Source: an uncultured Pelagibacteraceae bacterium (lineage in GTDB: Bacteria > Pseudomonadota > Alphaproteobacteria > Pelagibacterales > Pelagibacteraceae). From it: a stretch of 64,000 nucleotides of DNA. The notes below the pieces were generated by a model that had not been told where the DNA came from, searched no databases, and saw only the letters and a program-made list of their open reading frames with translations. Positions 1 to 9,984 of the stretch are shown here, piece after piece. Made by a program: the position numbers and the translations under genes. Position 1 is the first letter of the stretch, and each line of letters opens with the position of its first letter. The DNA lies in the NCBI GenBank assembly GCA_902614055.1, contig CACMJX010000001.1:189189-253188 (forward strand). The letters run 5' to 3'.

Positions 1-2050
1 TATCTAAGGGGATACCTACCAAACCAATTATTCCCAGAATAAAAAAGGCTGCAATAAAATTTGGTATTACTCCAATCAGTGAAATTTTAATATTTCTAAA
101 AAGTATTAAAAACATAACAAATATTCCAATCATCACAAAACCAAGAGTTAAAATTTGAGATTTAAACAAACTTTGAAGTAGATTATTAAACAATATAAGT
201 ACACCTCCAAGTTTAAACTCATCTTTGCTGATACCTAATTTATTTTCTAAATCAAAATTAATTTGATTAATCAGATCATTTCTTCTTAATCCATCTAAAG
301 AGTCTTTTATTCTTAAACTAATTCGAGCTTCAGAATTTTTTATAGATATATATGGGTCTACTATTTCCTTTTTAATATTATCTGGAATTTTAGTATAGAG
401 AACCCCCATTTCCAAAGTTCCAAGTGCTTTATTATTATTTAATTTTGTTGCAACCTCAATTATTGATGAAAAGGACAAAACTTTACCAACAGCATCAATA
501 TCATCTAAATAATTGTGCACTCTAGTTATTTTATTAATTTTATCTTTAGTAAACCAATACTTATTGTCATTTTCATCCTCATCACCCCAATCATTCTCAC
601 TATCAGTTTCTTCATCCTCATCTTTTGGAAATTTTAAAATTACTTCTAGTGGAGTTGTACCACCCAGTTTTTCATCTATTAACTTCATGCCTTTATAAAT
701 CTCTGTATTTTTATCAAAGTAATTAATGAAACTATTTTCAACTTCTAGTTTTGAGATACCAAATATGCTCAAAAATATAATAATTCCAGTGACACTAAAT
801 ATGTAATTTTTGTTTTTAACTGATAATATTCCCAGATAACTTGTTATCTTAGAGTCATTCTCTTTTGATAGTGCAATATTTGTGTTTTGCACAAAATTTA
901 GCAATGTGGGAAGTAATGTGAACGTAATTACTAATGAGGTTAATAATCCAAAAGTCATCATCCATCCAAAATCAATAATTGGTTTTATTTCACTAAAGAT
1001 TAATGACATAAAAGCACATATCGTTGTTAAGACAGTATAAAATATTGGCCAAATCATTTTTCTTGTAGTCATAATTAAAATTTCAAATTTTTTCTTTCCT
1101 GGAAACTGTTTGTTTAATTGTAAAAATCTAGTACTCATATGAATATTCATTGCCATTGTAAGAATTAACATTAAAGCAATAAAGTTTGATGAAATTACAG
1201 TAACTTTCCATCCAACTAGTCCTAGAAAACCAATCATAAATATAACAGAGAAGAAACAGCTACAAATTGGAATTATTATCCAAATCATTCTTCTGAATAC
1301 ATACCAAAGAGTTAATATGATAAAAAGTAATACTCCAATGCCAAAAGTAACAATATCATTTTTTATAAAAGTCATCATATCATTTGCAATCATTGGAATA
1401 CCTCCAAGATAAATCTGATTATTTTGATTATGATTCTTTATTACTTCTCTAATTTCTAAAATATTTTGATTTCTCTCTTTTTTAACCTTATCTTTAAAAG
1501 CCTCTAATTCTTTCTTTGTTTTTATTTGTTTATCTATTTTATTTGGTTTTATATAAACAATGATACCACTTGTTTTGCCGTCTTCACTAATTACAAAGTT
1601 TTTAAATACAGGACTATTCAAGATTTCTCTAAATCCACGTTCTTTATCTACATTCTCACTTGTTAAAGTTTTAAAATTTTGAATACGTTCAATTAAACTA
1701 TCATCTGTTACTTCTAATAGAGGAATATCTAAAAGTGTTACAACATTGTAAACCCAATCTAGTGATTTTAACTCATTTTTTAATTCAGAGAGGTTTCTAA
1801 TTGACTCATCTGAATTCATTTTGCTTTTTGGAGAGTAGGTGAGAACTAGAAACTCTTTAGCACCATACTTTTCATTAATTTCATTCAAATATATTAGATC
1901 AGGATCATTTTCTAACAATAATGTTTCTGAGCTAGCGTCTAATCGAAAGTCTTTAGAAAAGTAAAAAGCTATAATTAAAACAAATAACAATATTGAAAAA
2001 ATAAGTTTAGGTTTTTCAATAATATTTTTTTGATAAAAATTAGCTAACAT
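1..2050 (-). CDS. MMPL/RND family transporter (runs off the left edge of the window; missing from the ORF track)
   Basis: ATG at 2050; manual translation of the 5' end gives MLANFYQKNIIEKPKLIFSILLFVLIIAFYFSKDFRLDASSETLLLENDPDL..., typical of MMPL proteins; hydrophobic segments follow. Confidence 0.85.
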   Translation of the reverse strand, partial: MLANFYQKNIIEKPKLIFSILLFVLIIAFYFSKDFRLDASSETLLLENDPDLIYLNEINEKYGAKEFLVLTYSPKSKMNSDESIRNLSELKNELKSLDWVYNVVTLLDIPLLEVTDDSLIERIQNFKTLTSENVDKERGFREILNSPVFKNFVISEDGKTSGIIVYIKPNKIDKQIKTKKELEAFKDKVKKERNQNILEIREVIKNHNQNNQIYLGGIPMIANDMMTFIKNDIVTFGIGVLLFIILTLWYVFRRMIWIIIPICSCFFSVIFMIGFLGLVGWKVTVISSNFIALMLILTMAMNIHMSTRFLQLNKQFPGKKKFEILIMTTRKMIWPIFYTVLTTICAFMSLIFSEIKPIIDFGWMMTFGLLTSLVITFTLLPTLLNFVQNTNIALSKENDSKITSYLGILSVKNKNYIFSVTGIIIFLSIFGISKLEVENSFINYFDKNTEIYKGMKLIDEKLGGTTPLEVILKFPKDEDEETDSENDWGDEDENDNKYWFTKDKINKITRVHNYLDDIDAVGKVLSFSSIIEVATKLNNNKALGTLEMGVLYTKIPDNIKKEIVDPYISIKNSEARISLRIKDSLDGLRRNDLINQINFDLENKLGISKDEFKLGGVLILFNNLLQSLFKSQILTLGFVMIGIFVMFLILFRNIKISLIGVIPNFIAAFFILGIIGLVGIPLD

Positions 2051-2075
2051 TCAATATTAGCTCTTATAATTTATA

Positions 2076-3491
2076 TTAATTATTTTGAATATCTTTAAAT
2101 TTGGTAAACATTTCCTCAAATTCAAGCATTATAGTACCAGTTGGTCCATGCCTTTGTTTTAGTATAAGAAGTTCAGCTAAATGTGAAATTTCATTCATTT
2201 TTGCTTGCCATTCTGCGTGTTCAACTGTTGCAGGTCTTGGTTCTTTATTTTTTAAATAATAAGATTCTCTAAATACAAACATCACAACATCTGCATCTTG
2301 TTCTATTGATCCTGATTCTCTTAGATCTGAAAGTAGAGGTTTTTTGTCATCTCTTTGCTCAACTGCTCTAGATAATTGGGAAAGAGCTAATACAGGAACA
2401 GATAATTCTTTAGCTAAGGCTTTAAGTCCCTGTGTTATCTCAGAAATCTCCTGAACTCTCCCTTCCTTAAAATTCGATCCTTTCATTAATTGAATATAAT
2501 CTATCACTATCATATCAAGACCATGAATTCTTTTAATTCTTCTAGATCTGTTGCTCAGTGCAGCAATAGATATAGCTGGTGTTTCGTCAATATACAAAGG
2601 CAGTTCTGCAATATTTTTTGAAGTTTCAATAAACTTATCAAATTGTTCGTCAGTTATTTTTCCTCTTCTAATATCATTAGATTTGATTCTTGATTGTTCA
2701 GCTAAAATTCTTGTAGACAATTGCTCTGAGGACATTTCCAATGAAAAAAAAGCAATACAAGATTTTTCTCCTTTATCTTGAATGTTTTTTGCGGCATGGA
2801 AAGCAATATTTGTTGCGAGAGCTGTTTTACCCATAGATGGTCTACCAGCAATTATTATTAAATCAGATTTATGCATACCACCTAGTCTGTCATCTAAATC
2901 TTTTAGTCCAGATGGCACACCTACAATTCCTTCTTCATTTTTATAGGCATTAGAAGCCATTTCAATAGTCTGTTTCATTGCTTCATCAAATTTAACGAGG
3001 GAAGAGCTGAAAGAGCCTCCTTCGGCTAAATCAAATAATGATTTTTCAAAACTTTCAATTATTTGTTTACCGTCGTTGTTCAAATCATTAAGTTTGGCTG
3101 TATCAATTATGTTATCAGAAATTTTAATAAGTTCTCTCTTTACATATAAATCATAAATCAATTTTGAGTATTCAATGCTTTGTCTGGAAGATGTTGAAAA
3201 CTTTGTAATTTTGACGAGGTATTCAGGAATATTTAACTCATCTTTTTCGTTTTCAAAATAATTTTTTAAAGTAATTGGGTTTGCCAGCATTCCCTTAGAA
3301 ATTAACTTATCTATAGCACTAAATATTTTTTGGTGCATTGGATCATAGAAATTCTCACTCTTAATTAGTAAACTAATTTCATCAAAGATATCATTAGCAA
3401 GCAATATAGACCCAATAACTGATTGTTCAGCCTCAATATTATTAGGAAGTTCTTCAATTTTATTTTTAACTAAATTAAATGGTTGAGACAC
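2076..3491 (-). CDS. dnaB: Replicative DNA helicase
   Basis: P.NIEAEQSVIG N-terminus, AGRPSMGKT Walker A, FSLEMS, IDYIQLM, LSDLRESGSIEQDAD; GTG start. Confidence 0.98.
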   Translation of the reverse strand: MSQPFNLVKNKIEELPNNIEAEQSVIGSILLANDIFDEISLLIKSENFYDPMHQKIFSAIDKLISKGMLANPITLKNYFENEKDELNIPEYLVKITKFSTSSRQSIEYSKLIYDLYVKRELIKISDNIIDTAKLNDLNNDGKQIIESFEKSLFDLAEGGSFSSSLVKFDEAMKQTIEMASNAYKNEEGIVGVPSGLKDLDDRLGGMHKSDLIIIAGRPSMGKTALATNIAFHAAKNIQDKGEKSCIAFFSLEMSSEQLSTRILAEQSRIKSNDIRRGKITDEQFDKFIETSKNIAELPLYIDETPAISIAALSNRSRRIKRIHGLDMIVIDYIQLMKGSNFKEGRVQEISEITQGLKALAKELSVPVLALSQLSRAVEQRDDKKPLLSDLRESGSIEQDADVVMFVFRESYYLKNKEPRPATVEHAEWQAKMNEISHLAELLILKQRHGPTGTIMLEFEEMFTKFKDIQNN

Positions 3492-3539
3492 TTGCTAAAC
3501 TTATATCCTGTAAAAAATTATTCAATTTCTTAATTGTGT

Positions 3540-3558
3540 TGGGGAAAATTATGTATAA
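3540..3558 (-). promoter_or_regulatory. Two tandem DnaA-box-like 9-mers upstream of dnaB
   Basis: Minus-strand TTATACATA (3550-3558) and TTTTCCCCA (3540-3548), each 1 mismatch from TTWTNCACA. Confidence 0.35.
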
Positions 3559-4017
3559 TTACTTTGCTTCTTCTTGAGCAACGGCTTTAATTACAATCTG
3601 TGTTTGAACTTCTGGGTGTAAGTTAATTAATACGTCGAAATCACCGATTGATTTGATTTCTTTAGAAGGTTGAATTAATGATGGGTTTACTTTGACTTGT
3701 TCTTTTTCTTCCAAGATTTTAGAAATTTCTGTTGGTTTTATAGATCCATAGAGCTCTTTATTTTCTGTGCTCAGTTTCTTTATTTCATATTGCTTGTTTT
3801 TAATTTTTTCATTTATTACTTTCGCTTCTTTTTTTCTTTCTTCATCTTTTTTGCTTAGATCTTGCTTAATTTTTTCTACTTCTTTTATATTTTTAGTAGA
3901 TGCAAAAAGAGCTTTTTTATTTGATATAAGATAATTCCTAGCAAAGCCTCTTTTAACATCAATTATTTCTCCGATTGACCCAACTTTTCTTACATTTTCT
4001 AATAGTATAACTTTCAT
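3559..4017 (-). CDS. rplI: 50S ribosomal protein L9
   Basis: MKVILLE..VKRGFARNYL, LYGSI; rpsF-rpsR-rplI order. Confidence 0.98.
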   Translation of the reverse strand: MKVILLENVRKVGSIGEIIDVKRGFARNYLISNKKALFASTKNIKEVEKIKQDLSKKDEERKKEAKVINEKIKNKQYEIKKLSTENKELYGSIKPTEISKILEEKEQVKVNPSLIQPSKEIKSIGDFDVLINLHPEVQTQIVIKAVAQEEAK

Positions 4018-4018
4018 T

Positions 4019-4288
4019 TTATAATAGTGCTAGATTTCTAGCTCTTTTAATTGATATAGATAATTCTCTTTGTTTTTTTAAACTTACCGAAGTTATTCTT
4101 GAAGGCAAGATTTTACCGTTTTCAGATACATATCTTTTCAATAATTTCAAATTTTTATAATCAACTATTGGAGCTCCTTTTCCAGAAAGAGGACATTTTT
4201 TTTTAAATTTATACTTTTGATTTTGGAATATACTTAATTTCGCAAAGTTGCTTTGTTTTGGTTTTTTTTTATTATTTCTCTTTTTCAT
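4019..4288 (-). CDS. rpsR: 30S ribosomal protein S18
   Basis: [44 protein letters not shown]. Confidence 0.98.
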   Translation of the reverse strand: MKKRNNKKKPKQSNFAKLSIFQNQKYKFKKKCPLSGKGAPIVDYKNLKLLKRYVSENGKILPSRITSVSLKKQRELSISIKRARNLALL

Positions 4289-4294
4289 GAATAT

Positions 4295-4639
4295 TTATTT
4301 ATTTGAAAATTCTTTTTCGTCGTTCTTTTTGAAATAATCTGAATCTAAATCAAACTTTTTAACCTTAATTGTTAAATGTCTTAGCAAATTTTTATCAATT
4401 CTTTCATTTTTCTCCAGCTCAGAAACAATTTTTCCATTTCCTTTGATTTTAAAGTGAATATAGTTTCCTTTTTTATTTTTCTTAATTATGTATGAAAGAT
4501 TCATTAGACCCCAATTTTCAAGTTTTACTATGTCTCCTTTATTTTTCTCAATAATTTTGGAATACTTCTCCTCGATTTGTTTAAGTTGAGAAGGGCTAAT
4601 GTCTTGTCTTGTTATTATTGTATGTTCGTATAAGTTCAT
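4295..4639 (-). CDS. rpsF: 30S ribosomal protein S6
   Basis: YEHTII.RQD, ENWGLMNLSY.IKKNKKGNY. Confidence 0.97.
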   Translation of the reverse strand: MNLYEHTIITRQDISPSQLKQIEEKYSKIIEKNKGDIVKLENWGLMNLSYIIKKNKKGNYIHFKIKGNGKIVSELEKNERIDKNLLRHLTIKVKKFDLDSDYFKKNDEKEFSNK

Positions 4640-4723
4640 AATAATTCTTTTAAAAAAGAGAGGATATACTATTATAATTTTTTAATTACAATACAAAAAA
4701 TAAGGTTTTTACTTATATTTTCT

Positions 4724-5653
4724 ATGTTTTCCGTTTTATTTCCTGGACAAGGTTCTCAATCAGTGGGAATGGCTAAAGATTTATACGACAATTTTCAATA
4801 CATAAAAGACCTTTTCAATGAAGCTGACGACACGCTTAACATGTCAATTAGTAGATTGATTTTTGAAGGACCAAAAGAAGAATTAAATGAAACTGAGAAT
4901 ACTCAACCTGCTATCTTTCTAGTTAGCTATGCGATTTTTAAAGCAATTAAAAATGAGACTTCATTTAACATTAGTAAGGCAAGTTTTTTTGCGGGACACT
5001 CTTTAGGGGAATATTCAGCCTTAGCTTGCTCTAATGTAATAAACTTTAAGGATACAATTAAACTTTTAAAAATAAGAGGTAATGCAATGCAAAATGCTGT
5101 ACCAAAAAATGAAGGAGGCATGGTTGCTGTATTAGGCGAAGATATAAATGATATTAAGAAAATTATAGAAAATAATAGAAATAAATTTCATTGTTTTTTA
5201 GCTAACGATAATACAAATGGCCAAGTTGTAATAAGTGGAAAAAAGGATGATCTAAATGGTTTCATGGCTGAATTAAAAAAATTGAAAATAAAAAATATCA
5301 TGTTACCTGTTTCAGCCCCTTTTCATTGTATGTTGATGAGTCCAGCTACTCAAATTATGAACAATAAGCTTAAAGAAATTAAATTTTTAGAACCAAATAA
5401 TAAGATTGTTTCAAACGTCACAGCTCAACCATCTGAGAACCCAGAAAATATTAAAAATCTTTTAATTGAACAAATAGAAAAGCCAGTTAGATGGCGAGAA
5501 AGTATTATAAACATGATAAACCATGGTAATAAAAAATTTATTGAAATTGGCCCTGGAAAAGTTCTATCAGGGCTTGCAAAAAGAATTGATAGAAATATTG
5601 AATTATTTCAAGTAAACAATATTGAAGATCTAAACAACCTAGATAATTTATGA
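4724..5653 (+). CDS. fabD: Malonyl-CoA:ACP transacylase
   Basis: FPGQGSQ, GHSLGEY, VSAPFH, EIGPGKVL. Confidence 0.98.
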   Translation: MFSVLFPGQGSQSVGMAKDLYDNFQYIKDLFNEADDTLNMSISRLIFEGPKEELNETENTQPAIFLVSYAIFKAIKNETSFNISKASFFAGHSLGEYSALACSNVINFKDTIKLLKIRGNAMQNAVPKNEGGMVAVLGEDINDIKKIIENNRNKFHCFLANDNTNGQVVISGKKDDLNGFMAELKKLKIKNIMLPVSAPFHCMLMSPATQIMNNKLKEIKFLEPNNKIVSNVTAQPSENPENIKNLLIEQIEKPVRWRESIINMINHGNKKFIEIGPGKVLSGLAKRIDRNIELFQVNNIEDLNNLDNL

Positions 5654-6387
5654 TTGATTTAAAAAATTTAAATATAATTTTAACTGGTGCCACAGGTGTT
5701 ATTGGAAATTCTATTCTAGACAAACTTATTTCTGCAGGATCAACAGTTATAGCGACAGGCACAAATGAAAAAAAATTGAAATTAATTCAAGAGAAATACA
5801 AAAATTTAAATGTGATGAAGTTTGATTTATCTGATCATAAAAATATTGATAAATTTGTTGAGGATTGTAGTTCAATTTTATCAAATAAAATCGATGTTTT
5901 AATAAATAACGCAGGAATTACTCATGATAATTTATCAATAAAAATGAGAGAAGATGAGTGGAAAAGAGTTATTGATATTAATTTAACTTCAACATTTTTG
6001 ATAAGTAAAAATGTAATTAGAAAAATGATAAGATCTAAAACTGGAAAAATAATAAATATCACCTCAGTTGTTGGTCATTCGGGAAATATTGGCCAAGCAA
6101 ATTATGCTGCTTCAAAGGCAGGTATTATAGCAATGTCTAAAAGTTTAGCTTTAGAATATGGTAAAAAAAATATAACAATTAATTCTGTATCTCCAGGCTT
6201 CATATTGTCAGAAATGACAAATAAAATAAGCGAAGACCATACAGAATTGTTAAAATCAAGGATATCGCTTAATAAATTTGGCAAACCAGAGGATGTGGCA
6301 AATACAGTTATTTTTTTAAGTTCTAATCTTGCAGATTATATAACTGGAGAAACTATACATGTTAATGGAGGAATGTATTTTAGTTGA
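5650..6387 (+). CDS. fabG: 3-oxoacyl-ACP reductase
   Basis: SDR motifs TGATGVIG, NNAGIT, YAASK; lies between fabD and acpP. Confidence 0.95.
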   Translation: MIDLKNLNIILTGATGVIGNSILDKLISAGSTVIATGTNEKKLKLIQEKYKNLNVMKFDLSDHKNIDKFVEDCSSILSNKIDVLINNAGITHDNLSIKMREDEWKRVIDINLTSTFLISKNVIRKMIRSKTGKIINITSVVGHSGNIGQANYAASKAGIIAMSKSLALEYGKKNITINSVSPGFILSEMTNKISEDHTELLKSRISLNKFGKPEDVANTVIFLSSNLADYITGETIHVNGGMYFS

Positions 6388-6427
6388 CAAAGTTTATAAA
6401 ATATTTATTAACAAATTAACTAAAGGA
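6384..6427 (+). promoter_or_regulatory. Possible internal sigma70 promoter and ribosome-binding site for acpP
   Basis: Perfect TTGACA at 6384-6389 overlapping the fabG stop, an AT-rich -10-like region near 6406 and AAGGA before the acpP start. Confidence 0.4.
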
Positions 6428-6432
6428 ACAAA

Positions 6433-6672
6433 ATGTCAGATGATATTTCAAGTAAGGTAAAAAAAATAGTAGCCGATCACCTAGGTATAGATGAGGCAAA
6501 AGTTAATGAGGAATCAAGTTTCATAGATGACCTTGGTGCAGATAGTTTAGATACAGTCGAGTTAGTAATGGCTTTCGAGGAAGAGTTTGGATCTGAAATA
6601 TCTGATAGTGATGCTGAAAAAATTTTAACTGTTGGGGATGCAGTAAAATTTATTGAGAACAAAGCTAACTAA
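6433..6672 (+). CDS. acpP: Acyl carrier protein
   Basis: [20 protein letters not shown] phosphopantetheine motif. Confidence 0.99.
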   Translation: MSDDISSKVKKIVADHLGIDEAKVNEESSFIDDLGADSLDTVELVMAFEEEFGSEISDSDAEKILTVGDAVKFIENKAN

Positions 6673-6684
6673 TTTTTTACATAA

Positions 6685-7320
6685 ATGGCCGAGAGAAAAG
6701 CTGGGATAATCGTTATATTATCATCTCCTTCAGGCGCAGGCAAAACGACGTTAGTAAAGAAAATTTCCTCTAGAAATAATTTCAAGATATCTATTTCACA
6801 TACTACTAGAAAACCAAGAATTAATGAAAAAGATGGGAAACATTATTTTTTTGTTAAAGATAAAGAATTTAAAAAACTCATAAAACAAAAAAAATTTTTA
6901 GAATATGCAAAAGTTTTTAAAAATTATTATGGCTCCCTTAAAGAAAATGTTGTGGAGAAACTTGAAAAAAGTGAAAATGTAATTTTTGATATAGATTGGC
7001 AGGGAACTCAGCAGATTAAAAATATTAAATTAAAATATAAAATAATAACTATTTTTATTCTTCCACCATCTAAAGAAGAACTATTTAAAAGATTATTAAA
7101 AAGAGATAAAAAAGATCAAAGAATTGCAAGTGAGCGAATGAAACAATTTAAGACAGACATCACTCATTGGAAAGATTATGATTATACAGTAATCAATGAT
7201 AAAATTGAAAAATGTTATAAACAAATAATGAGTTTTATAGCAAACCAAACAACAAATAAAAAAAAATCAAAATATAATAAGCAACGTATAAAAAATCATT
7301 TAAAAAAATTGTTAAATTAA
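6685..7320 (+). CDS. gmk: Guanylate kinase
   Basis: [31 protein letters not shown]. Confidence 0.97.
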   Translation: MAERKAGIIVILSSPSGAGKTTLVKKISSRNNFKISISHTTRKPRINEKDGKHYFFVKDKEFKKLIKQKKFLEYAKVFKNYYGSLKENVVEKLEKSENVIFDIDWQGTQQIKNIKLKYKIITIFILPPSKEELFKRLLKRDKKDQRIASERMKQFKTDITHWKDYDYTVINDKIEKCYKQIMSFIANQTTNKKKSKYNKQRIKNHLKKLLN

Positions 7321-8100
7321 AGTCTCATATATTTCACAAATTTTGTAATAGGTAATATTATTTAGATTTTGAGGTCTTAGAGTAAGGTCTAAATTTAAAT
7401 TATTTGAAATTTCTTCGTAGTTTTTAAATAAAAATTTAAAAGGTTTTTTAATCATTTTACGTCTTTGGCTAAAAAAAATATTAGTCACATGTTCTAGGTT
7501 TTTTGTATCTTTTAAATTATAATAATTTTTTTTAGGAGTAAAAACCAACAATGTACTCTTTACCTTTGGAACTGGTTTAAAACTCCTAGGTTCTATGTCG
7601 ATAATCTTATTGATGTTCATTTTCCAGTTAGATAATATTGATAGTCTTCCATAATTTTTAGTATTAGTTTCTGCTATTATTCTATCTGCAACTTCTTTTT
7701 GGAACATGAGTATGAATTTTTTGCAGAAACTATCTAAATTTTTAATTCTTATCCACTTAGCTAATATTTGTGTTGAAATATTATATGGAAGATTTCCAAA
7801 TATAATTAGTTTATCTTTAGAATATTTTTCGTATTCAAATTTCATCATATCTGCATTAAATAAATTTATTTTGTCTCCAAACTTTTTGTTTAAATACATT
7901 GCTAATCTTTGATCTTTTTCTATTACAAAAAGTTTTTTTGGTGATTTTTCTAATATTTTTTCTGTGAGATTACCAGTGCCTGCACCAACTTCTAAAATTA
8001 AATCATTGTGATCAATTTTTCCAAGGTCAGCAATAATTTTTAATATTTTATTATCATTGAGAAAATTTTGTCCCAAACTTTTCTTTGCAATAAAAGTCAT
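7312..8100 (-). CDS. rsmA: 16S rRNA adenine dimethyltransferase KsgA
   Basis: [32 protein letters not shown]. Confidence 0.97.
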   Translation of the reverse strand: MTFIAKKSLGQNFLNDNKILKIIADLGKIDHNDLILEVGAGTGNLTEKILEKSPKKLFVIEKDQRLAMYLNKKFGDKINLFNADMMKFEYEKYSKDKLIIFGNLPYNISTQILAKWIRIKNLDSFCKKFILMFQKEVADRIIAETNTKNYGRLSILSNWKMNINKIIDIEPRSFKPVPKVKSTLLVFTPKKNYYNLKDTKNLEHVTNIFFSQRRKMIKKPFKFLFKNYEEISNNLNLDLTLRPQNLNNITYYKICEIYETLI

Positions 8101-9062
8101 TTAATTTTGTTGATGAAATCTAAAGCATAAAAAATTGACGAGGGATCAGATTTATTCTTTCCAATCATTTCAATGTTTGGACCATGATCAGGTGTTATTT
8201 TGATAAAAGGTAAACCAATTGTTATATTAATTGCATTAAATTTAAATAAAGTTTTTACTGGCGTCAGTACTTGATCATGATACATGCCAATTACTACATC
8301 AAACTTTCTAATATTTTTATCTAAAAAAAAAGTATCAGCAGCTATTGGACCATAAATATTAATTTTATTCTTTAATAAATATTTTACAGCTGGAATGATT
8401 TGTTTTTTCTCTTCACTAATTTTGTCTACACTTTCACAATGTGGATTTAAACCTAAAACAGCAATTTTTGGTTTTTTTCCTATTTTTAATTTATAAAAAT
8501 CATTTATCTTTGTAACATTATTTATAATTCTTGATTTTTTGACAAAATTTGAAACTCTATTTATTGGTATGTGAGTAGTTAAAGGTGAGACAGCAAGTTT
8601 CTTATTGTAAATTAACATTACAGGATTTTTAGAATTTGTTTTTTTTGCAACATATTCTGTTATTCCAAGAAATTTTTTTTTTAAAAAGTTCTCTTTAGAT
8701 ATTGGTCCGTTTATCAATACCATCTTTTTATTTTTCTTAATAATTTTTAAAGCTAGCTTAAAACAATCATCTATGTATTTATTTGATTTATTTGAAATAT
8801 TTGTAAATGCTTCATTAAATTTATAATTAACATTTATTATATTAATTTTTTTTCTTAAAGCGTGATTTACATCTAAGATTTTATTTAATTTATTTTTATA
8901 TTTAAGAAACTTTATTTGTTCATTTAATAAATCAAAACTTCCAATTAAAATTATCTTACTATTTATATTTTTAAAATTTTTTGAATTAAAATATTTCAAT
9001 AAAATTTCAGAAAATGTTGAATTTGGCTCTCCTAATATAATTAAAATTTTTTTAATATTCAT
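8097..9062 (-). CDS. pdxA: 4-hydroxythreonine-4-phosphate dehydrogenase
   Basis: GLNPHC, GP.AADTFF, MYHDQ, TPDHG; surA-pdxA-rsmA order. Confidence 0.93.
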   Translation of the reverse strand: MNIKKILIILGEPNSTFSEILLKYFNSKNFKNINSKIILIGSFDLLNEQIKFLKYKNKLNKILDVNHALRKKINIINVNYKFNEAFTNISNKSNKYIDDCFKLALKIIKKNKKMVLINGPISKENFLKKKFLGITEYVAKKTNSKNPVMLIYNKKLAVSPLTTHIPINRVSNFVKKSRIINNVTKINDFYKLKIGKKPKIAVLGLNPHCESVDKISEEKKQIIPAVKYLLKNKINIYGPIAADTFFLDKNIRKFDVVIGMYHDQVLTPVKTLFKFNAINITIGLPFIKITPDHGPNIEMIGKNKSDPSSIFYALDFINKIK

Positions 9063-9984
9063 TTATTTCAATATTTTTTTTTAATTTTTTATAAAAAATT
9101 GTTGAAAAAATACTTAATTGACTGTTCATTTCTTTATTAATGAGTTTATCCAACTCATTATCAATATTAATATTTTGTTTTATTTGTTTTTTATTATTTA
9201 CTTTTATTAAAATATATCCATTCTGAATTTCTATAGGTTCAGTAATTTGGTTTACCCCTAATTTTCTAATTTTTTCATTAATTTTTTTTGAGATTTGAAT
9301 TTCATTAATCCATCCAATCAAGCCACCATTTTTTGATGAACTTGAAATACTATAAATGGTAGCAGTATTTTCAAATCCTACTTCCTTTATACTTTTATTA
9401 ATTTCTAATAATTTTTTATCAAAAGATACGCTGAAGTCTTTTGATAAAACTATTTCTGACAAGTTATATGAAAATTTTTTTTTGTTATTATTAAATTTTA
9501 TTATTATATTTTCTTTTAATTCTTCTTTATTGATAACTACATTATCTTTATATTTATCATAAATTAACTTATTCCATAAAGTTTCAATTAGTAATTTTTC
9601 TTTAACTATAAAATAATTTAAGTCTTTATCTTTCAAAATTTTTTTAAAGTCTTCCACACTGCTTATATTTCTCTTCTTAATTAACTGTTTTTCTATTTTG
9701 TTTACTAACTGATTATTATTATTAAAATCAAAAATTTTCTTTAATTCTATTTTTTTTACAATTTCAGCTATCAAAGAGTTTTTAGCTAAATCTTCTATCT
9801 TAGATTTTTCTAATTCTATTAATTTTGGATTTAAGAATAAAAGATATTTTTTTTCATTTTCAACATCTAAATTAGTAATTATTTCATTATTTATTTTAAC
9901 CTTTATTTTTATTGAATCTCCAAATGAAAACTGAACAAATGTTAAAATAAAAATGAAAAAAATTATTATTTTAATTTTACTCAT
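9052..9984 (-). CDS. surA: SurA-like periplasmic chaperone/PPIase
   Basis: Signal peptide, INNEIITN.D, parvulin-like SSKNGGLIGW; lptD-surA-pdxA order. Confidence 0.8.
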   Translation of the reverse strand: MSKIKIIIFFIFILTFVQFSFGDSIKIKVKINNEIITNLDVENEKKYLLFLNPKLIELEKSKIEDLAKNSLIAEIVKKIELKKIFDFNNNNQLVNKIEKQLIKKRNISSVEDFKKILKDKDLNYFIVKEKLLIETLWNKLIYDKYKDNVVINKEELKENIIIKFNNNKKKFSYNLSEIVLSKDFSVSFDKKLLEINKSIKEVGFENTATIYSISSSSKNGGLIGWINEIQISKKINEKIRKLGVNQITEPIEIQNGYILIKVNNKKQIKQNINIDNELDKLINKEMNSQLSIFSTIFYKKLKKNIEINEY

